Assembly (NCBI GenBank): GCA_044226625.1
Contig: JBGAGQ010000024.1
Span: 16,570-80,569 of the forward strand
Direction of reading: 5' to 3'
Length of the DNA stretch: 64,000 nucleotides
From: Thermoanaerobaculia bacterium
GTDB lineage: Bacteria; Acidobacteriota; Thermoanaerobaculia; Multivoradales; UBA5704
Part shown: positions 59,192 through 64,000 of the stretch, piece by piece
How positions within the stretch are numbered: the stretch's first letter is position 1
How the letters are laid out: each line of letters begins with the position of its first letter
The notes under the pieces: generated by a model
What the model saw: only the letters and a program-made list of their open reading frames with translations
Databases searched by the model: none
Told to the model about the DNA's origin: nothing
Made by a program: the position numbers and the translations under genes

Positions 59192-61024
59192 ATGAACGCC
59201 GCCACCGGACGCCGTACTCCGCTCGCCGCCTTGCTGTTCGCCAGTACGCTCGCGTCGCTTCCAGCGGGCGCAGCCGCCGAACCCGCCGGGTCGTCCGCCT
59301 TCGCGGCCGACCTGGCCGCCGCGAAGAAAGTCTTCGAGGCGAACCTCGACGCGATCCGTCGCAAGGACAAGGACGCCTACCTCGCCTGCTATCTGCCGGA
59401 AGAGAGCTTCGCGCGCACCGGGCCGGACGGCATGTCGGTCGGTTTCAAGGAGTTCGCGGCCGGCGTGGGAACCGGCTGGCCCGACTCGATCGAGGCCGAG
59501 GACATGCGCCTCACGCCGGTCCGTCCGGGCCTGGTCTACGGCACCTACCGGTACCGCGTGCGCTACGGCGCGGACGAGCAGTCGGGGCTCTCCGAGCGCT
59601 TCTTCGTCTCGACTCCGAAGGGCTGGAAGATCGCGGTCTCGACCGCGTTCCAGGCACTTCCCGGCGTGCCGCCGCCTCCGAAAGCGCTCGTCGGCGCGAC
59701 GCTGATCGACGGCACCGGCGCTCCCGCGATTCCCGACGCGGTGGTAATTCTCCGCGACGGAAAGATCGACTGCGCGGGCTCTCGCGCTTCGTGCCCATTG
59801 CCCGAAGAGATCGATCGGCTCGACCTGTCCGGCCAGTGGATCACGCCCGGCCTGATCGACGCGCACGTCCATTTCTCGCAGACCGGTTGGGCGGACGCCC
59901 GGCCTGATGCGCTCGACGTGCGCGACCGGCACCCGTATTCCGACACGATCGCCGACCTCGCGAGCCACCCGGAGCGTTTCTTCCGAACCCAGCTCTGCTC
60001 GGGTGTGACCGCGGTATTCGACGTCGGCGGTTTCGCCTGGTCGCTGGGAATTCCGGCAAAGGCGGAGGACGACTCGCTCGCTCCGCGGGTGGTGTCCGCA
60101 GGACCTCTGCTCACGACGATCGACCATTGGCTCAACGTGCCGGGCGAGCGGCAAATGATCTACCTCAAGGACGCGGAGGCCGCGCGAGAAGGGGTCCGCT
60201 ATCTCGCCGCCCGCGGAAGCCACGCGGTGAAAGTCTGGTTCATCGTCGATGAAAGCCGACCGTTCGCCGAGCTCGCCGCCGTGGTCCGCGCTGCGGCGGA
60301 CGAGGCCGCCGCCAGGAAGCTGCCTCTGATCGTCCACGCGACCGGCCTCCAAGAGGCGAAAGAGTCGTTGCGCGACGGGGCGACGGTCCTGGTCCACAGC
60401 GTGACCGATCTGCCGGTCGATGACGAGTTCCTTCGGTTGGCGAAGGAGAAGAACGTCATCTACGTTCCCACGCTCACCGTGGGCTCCGGCTACCAGCGGA
60501 TGTTCGAGGCGGCCCTGGCCGGCAAGGCTCCCGAGATCGACGATCCGAATGGCTGCATCGATCCGGTGACCCGCGCCCGCATCGCCGAGACGGCGAAGGT
60601 CGCCCCGGGGAGAACCGCCGAGCAGATCGCGACCCGGGGCCGGCGCAACGCCGACCGGGAACAGATCGGCGCGGAAAACTTGAAGAAAGTAGCGGCTGCA
60701 GGAATCACGATCGCCATGGGCACCGACGCGGGGAACCCTCTCACCCTCCACGGCCCCTCGATCTACGCCGAGATGGAAGCGATGGAAGCGGCCGGCATGA
60801 CGCCGGCGGAGGTTCTGATCTCTGCGACCCGCGGGGGCGCCAAGGCCCTCGGACGTTCGACCGAGATCGGCACGATCGAGAAAGGCAAGCTCGCCGATCT
60901 GCTCATCGTAGGCGCCGACCCGACCGCCGCGACCCGCAACTTGCGCCAGGTGCGCTACGTGGTCCGCGGCGGCGTCGTCCGGCCGATCGGCGAGCTTTCC
61001 GCGCTCGCAACGACGGCGCCGTGA
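59192..61024 (+). CDS. Secreted amidohydrolase with N-terminal NTF2/SnoaL-like domain
   Basis: Signal peptide; PGLIDAHVH, VKVW, VHA, VHS, GTDAG, GKLADL; N-terminal domain ends GWKI. Confidence 0.85.
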   Translation: MNAATGRRTPLAALLFASTLASLPAGAAAEPAGSSAFAADLAAAKKVFEANLDAIRRKDKDAYLACYLPEESFARTGPDGMSVGFKEFAAGVGTGWPDSIEAEDMRLTPVRPGLVYGTYRYRVRYGADEQSGLSERFFVSTPKGWKIAVSTAFQALPGVPPPPKALVGATLIDGTGAPAIPDAVVILRDGKIDCAGSRASCPLPEEIDRLDLSGQWITPGLIDAHVHFSQTGWADARPDALDVRDRHPYSDTIADLASHPERFFRTQLCSGVTAVFDVGGFAWSLGIPAKAEDDSLAPRVVSAGPLLTTIDHWLNVPGERQMIYLKDAEAAREGVRYLAARGSHAVKVWFIVDESRPFAELAAVVRAAADEAAARKLPLIVHATGLQEAKESLRDGATVLVHSVTDLPVDDEFLRLAKEKNVIYVPTLTVGSGYQRMFEAALAGKAPEIDDPNGCIDPVTRARIAETAKVAPGRTAEQIATRGRRNADREQIGAENLKKVAAAGITIAMGTDAGNPLTLHGPSIYAEMEAMEAAGMTPAEVLISATRGGAKALGRSTEIGTIEKGKLADLLIVGADPTAATRNLRQVRYVVRGGVVRPIGELSALATTAP

Positions 61025-61043
61025 TGACGGCGCCGGAGAACGG

Positions 61044-62225
61044 CTACGGGTAGTTGAGCGCCCCCGTGCAGCCGTTGTTCAAGGCGACGGATTCGAAGCT
61101 GACGGGCGACTTCCCCACCGGTTTGATCAAGGTACCCACCCAGGCCTGCGCTCGATTGGGCCCTTCGGGGGGTACGGCTCCCGCCACGGCGGAGGTGAAA
61201 TTGAGATCGAGCCGGAGCCACCCGCTCCCCCCGAGCGCGCCGGTCAGCGGAAGCGCCGACACGCGCTGCGCGGCCGCGGGGAACGGCGTCCCGCCGACGA
61301 CCGTCCCGACCCCGGCGTCGGTGTAGCGGATCACCGAGGTTTGGGAGAGGGGATACCAGGCGGGCAGCGTGCCGCACGAGAAGGCGTTCTGGAGCACTTT
61401 CGGGTCGCGCCAGACGATCAGGTCGGTGGAGGCAACCCGCGGCGCGGTGCTGTAGCGCGGTCCATAGACACCCGCGAGCGGCTCCCGGTTGTCTATGGCC
61501 GTCCAGTGATCGAAGGTGCCGTAAAACGTGGAGTTGCCCACCACGGAGGTCTCCGGATCGGCCACGCGGGCTTCGATCGAGACCAACGGCGCGGAAAACG
61601 TCGGCCCGGTCGAGCTGGACGCCAGGGCGAAATCGCCCGCCAGGACGTTCTGGTTCGTGGGGTCGCCCGTTCCGCCGGCGCCCCAAAAGCCCGAGCTCCC
61701 CTGATAGAGCATCGTGCAGACGCTCATGGTGTCGATCGTTAGATAGCCGCGGGCGATCGAGTCGTTCAGGTTCCGCCCGCCGCATTTGCCTCCGAGGTAC
61801 GTCGACGGCTTGCCGGTGAGCGTGTTCTTCCAGTCGAACGGAGCACAGAACGCCGCACTCGGCGGAAGCGCGTTCGCGCAGCTCGGAAAAGTTCCCGCGG
61901 GGGGAACCGTCGCGGGAAGCGTGCAGTTGAGGACGTTCCTCATGTCGACGGTCCGGCGTTCCCGCGCTTTGAGGTACATCATGAAACCGCCGGCCGGCAC
62001 GGCGAGGTCGCTCCAGACCTCCACCTTGGTCAACACGCCGCCAGGGGAGACGTTTTGAATCGAGAACGTCGTGTTCGCTCCGGCGGCGTTCGCGAGGTCG
62101 ACCTCGAAATACGGCAGGAGGAGGGTCGCCGCGGGCACCACGTCGGCGGTGCAATTGACGGCTCCGCCCGGCACGGCGGACAGCAGGAGCGCGAAGAGCG
62201 CAAGACTCGTGAGGGTTCTGATCAC
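61044..62225 (-). CDS. Secreted Cys-rich hypothetical protein (PAATLLLPYFEV-type)
   Basis: Signal peptide, CTADVVPAATLLLPYFEVDL, GYLTID, DNREPL, GWLRLDLN, QAWV; 8 Cys; GAGGAG RBS before GTG. Confidence 0.7.
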   Translation of the reverse strand: MIRTLTSLALFALLLSAVPGGAVNCTADVVPAATLLLPYFEVDLANAAGANTTFSIQNVSPGGVLTKVEVWSDLAVPAGGFMMYLKARERRTVDMRNVLNCTLPATVPPAGTFPSCANALPPSAAFCAPFDWKNTLTGKPSTYLGGKCGGRNLNDSIARGYLTIDTMSVCTMLYQGSSGFWGAGGTGDPTNQNVLAGDFALASSSTGPTFSAPLVSIEARVADPETSVVGNSTFYGTFDHWTAIDNREPLAGVYGPRYSTAPRVASTDLIVWRDPKVLQNAFSCGTLPAWYPLSQTSVIRYTDAGVGTVVGGTPFPAAAQRVSALPLTGALGGSGWLRLDLNFTSAVAGAVPPEGPNRAQAWVGTLIKPVGKSPVSFESVALNNGCTGALNYP

Positions 62226-62341
62226 ACTTTTCTCCTCGGATCGTTACCAGCCTAAGCGTTACCAGGACTACCGGCTGGCCGACCGCGCCGTTCGTTACCT
62301 CGCCGCCGAATTCTCCTTTCGCCTTGCTCGGCCTCGCGTCC

Positions 62342-63760
62342 TTACGGGAAGATCCCGAGATCCTCGTAGCAGAGGGCGATCTTGTCGATCGCGTCGATGT
62401 AGGCCGCCGTGCGAAGGTCGATCCCGGACTGACGGTTGCGGATCTCGATCAGGCGATGGAGCGCCGTGGTCATCGTCTCCTCGAGGCCGGAGTTGACGAG
62501 ATCCTCCTCGTCCGCGCCGTGGGTGACCTCTTTGACCTCCTCGAGGGAAAACGTCGATCCAGTCTTCTGCTCGATCGCGCCGAGCAGCCGCCGATAAGCC
62601 TTTTCCTCGGCGCGCTTTTCGAGCCTCCCCATGCGGACGTGCGAGAGGTTCTTGAGCCATTCGAAGTAGGAGACGACGACGCCTCCCGCGTTCGCGTAGT
62701 GATCCGGAACCACGAGGATGCCGCGCGCTTCGAGCATCTCGCTCGCCGCGGCGGTGACCGGACCGTTCGCTCCCTCGACCACGATCTTCGCGCGGATGCG
62801 CGGGGCGTTCTCTTCCGTGATCTGGTTTTCGAGCGCCGCGGGGACCAGGATGTCGCAGTCGATCTCTAGGCCCGCCTCGCGAGTCGGCAGGCTGGTCGAA
62901 CCGGGGAAGCCGTGGCTCGCCTGATTCGGGCTCGTCTTGCGGTATTCGACCAGGGACTCTACGTCGATGCCGTCCTGCTTCTCGATTGCGCCGTTCGCCT
63001 CCGTGACCCCGACGATCGTCGCGCCCTCCTGGGCGAGAAAGAGCGCCGCGTGGTACCCCACGTTGCCCAGGCCCTGAACCACCACCCGCTTGCCGGCGAG
63101 GCCGACCGGAAGGCCGAGGCGCTTCATCTCCTCCGGCTGGTTGCACAGCTCGCGCGTCGCGAACATCACCCCCCGGCCGGTCGCCTCTTTACGGCCGCGG
63201 ATGCCCCCTTGCGCAATCGGTTTGCCGGTGACGCAGCCGAGCGCCTCGAGCTTCTCCGCGGCGAGCGCCTGGTAGGTGTCGACGATCCAGGCCATCTCGC
63301 GCGGGCCGGTGCCGAAATCAGGAGCCGGAACGTCGATGCCCGGTCCGATGAATCCCTTCTTGTGCAGCTCGAAGGTATAGCGCCGGGTGATTCGCTCGAG
63401 CTCGCCCTGCGTGTAGTTCTTCGCGTTGATCCGAATCCCGCCCTTCGCGCCGCCGAAGGGTACGTCGACCACCGCGCACTTGTAGGTCATCAGAGCGGCG
63501 AGGGCGACCACCTCGTCCTCGTTGACGTCCAGGCTGTAGCGGATGCCGCCCTTGGTCGGCAACTTATGGTGGCTGTGCTCGGCGCGCCAGGCGTGGAGCA
63601 TCTCGATCTCGCCCGTCTTTTCACGCCGCACCGGGAAGGTGAAGTGGTAAACGCTGTTGCAGTTCTTGATCAGCCGGAGGAGCGCCGGATCGTGCCGGGT
63701 GAGCGCCGCCGCCTTGTCGAAGTTTCGTTCGACTTGTTGCGAAAAACTGATGTTGGACAT
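62342..63760 (-). CDS. gdhA: Glu/Leu/Phe/Val dehydrogenase (glutamate dehydrogenase)
   Basis: PTKGGIRY, MTYKCA, PFGGAKGG, DVPAPD, VTGKP, ATGRGV, QGLGNVG, EGANGP, NAGGV.VSYFEW. Confidence 0.95.
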   Translation of the reverse strand: MSNISFSQQVERNFDKAAALTRHDPALLRLIKNCNSVYHFTFPVRREKTGEIEMLHAWRAEHSHHKLPTKGGIRYSLDVNEDEVVALAALMTYKCAVVDVPFGGAKGGIRINAKNYTQGELERITRRYTFELHKKGFIGPGIDVPAPDFGTGPREMAWIVDTYQALAAEKLEALGCVTGKPIAQGGIRGRKEATGRGVMFATRELCNQPEEMKRLGLPVGLAGKRVVVQGLGNVGYHAALFLAQEGATIVGVTEANGAIEKQDGIDVESLVEYRKTSPNQASHGFPGSTSLPTREAGLEIDCDILVPAALENQITEENAPRIRAKIVVEGANGPVTAAASEMLEARGILVVPDHYANAGGVVVSYFEWLKNLSHVRMGRLEKRAEEKAYRRLLGAIEQKTGSTFSLEEVKEVTHGADEEDLVNSGLEETMTTALHRLIEIRNRQSGIDLRTAAYIDAIDKIALCYEDLGIFP

Positions 63761-63856
63761 GGGGTACCTCGTGGAGGGGTGGGAAGGGGAGAACCGCCGG
63801 GTTTCCACCCACTGATACCACCCTCCGCTCCGCCGTCGCAAGCCGTCCGGCCCGAC

Positions 63857-64000
63857 TCAGGCTCCTGGGGTGCGAGGACCGGCCACCATGGGAGGAGAGG
63901 CGCTCAGGTCGCCCACTCGATAGACGCCGTTGTGGCCGTTCGCGATCTCCGGGAAGATCTCGATCCCCTGCGTCGGATCGTCCGCCCGTCCCGAGATGCG
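63857..64000 (-). CDS. Possible 3' end of an upstream gene (partial, unidentified)
   Basis: Open minus-strand frame RISGRADDPTQGIEIFPEIANGHNGVYRVGDLS...* with GC3-rich codons, running off the window edge. Confidence 0.4.
   Translation of the reverse strand, partial: RISGRADDPTQGIEIFPEIANGHNGVYRVGDLSASPPMVAGPRTPGA

Overview
GC-rich bacterial chromosomal window, most consistent with Acidobacteriota (Thermoanaerobaculia-like; inferred from gene content). Core blocks are gap'-pgk-tpiA-secG-tRNA-Leu(GAG) at the left end and mqnE-dck-panBCD-thiG-tRNA-Asn(GTT) ... gdhA at the right end. Between them lies envelope and accessory content. (1) A 2730-aa surface adhesin with an internal IPTL-CTERM sorting signal and 12 Cys-paired Ig-like repeats, followed by three paralogous phage tail-collar proteins, a Tat substrate, a GNAT and a DUF6916-like gene; this is the best candidate for an uncharacterised system. 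(2) Two ECF sigma/anti-sigma pairs and a recurring AAC-N16/17-CGTA ECF-type promoter motif in front of several envelope genes. (3) Two VPS10/BNR beta-propeller proteins. (4) A zinc-finger-TPR gene divergent from an XRE regulator. (5) A lipid-linked glycosylation cluster with FrhB-like and DUF362 Fe-S proteins, interrupted by an accessory patch that holds a relic of the GT2 5' end and a non-coding array of 20-21-bp repeats upstream of a small basic-tailed protein. Smaller oddities are an exact 66-bp P-loop duplication in dck, a CX5CX2C motif in MqnE and a pan-like RNA leader. No integrase, transposase, CRISPR array or rRNA was seen. All family assignments come from motif recognition by eye, not database searches.
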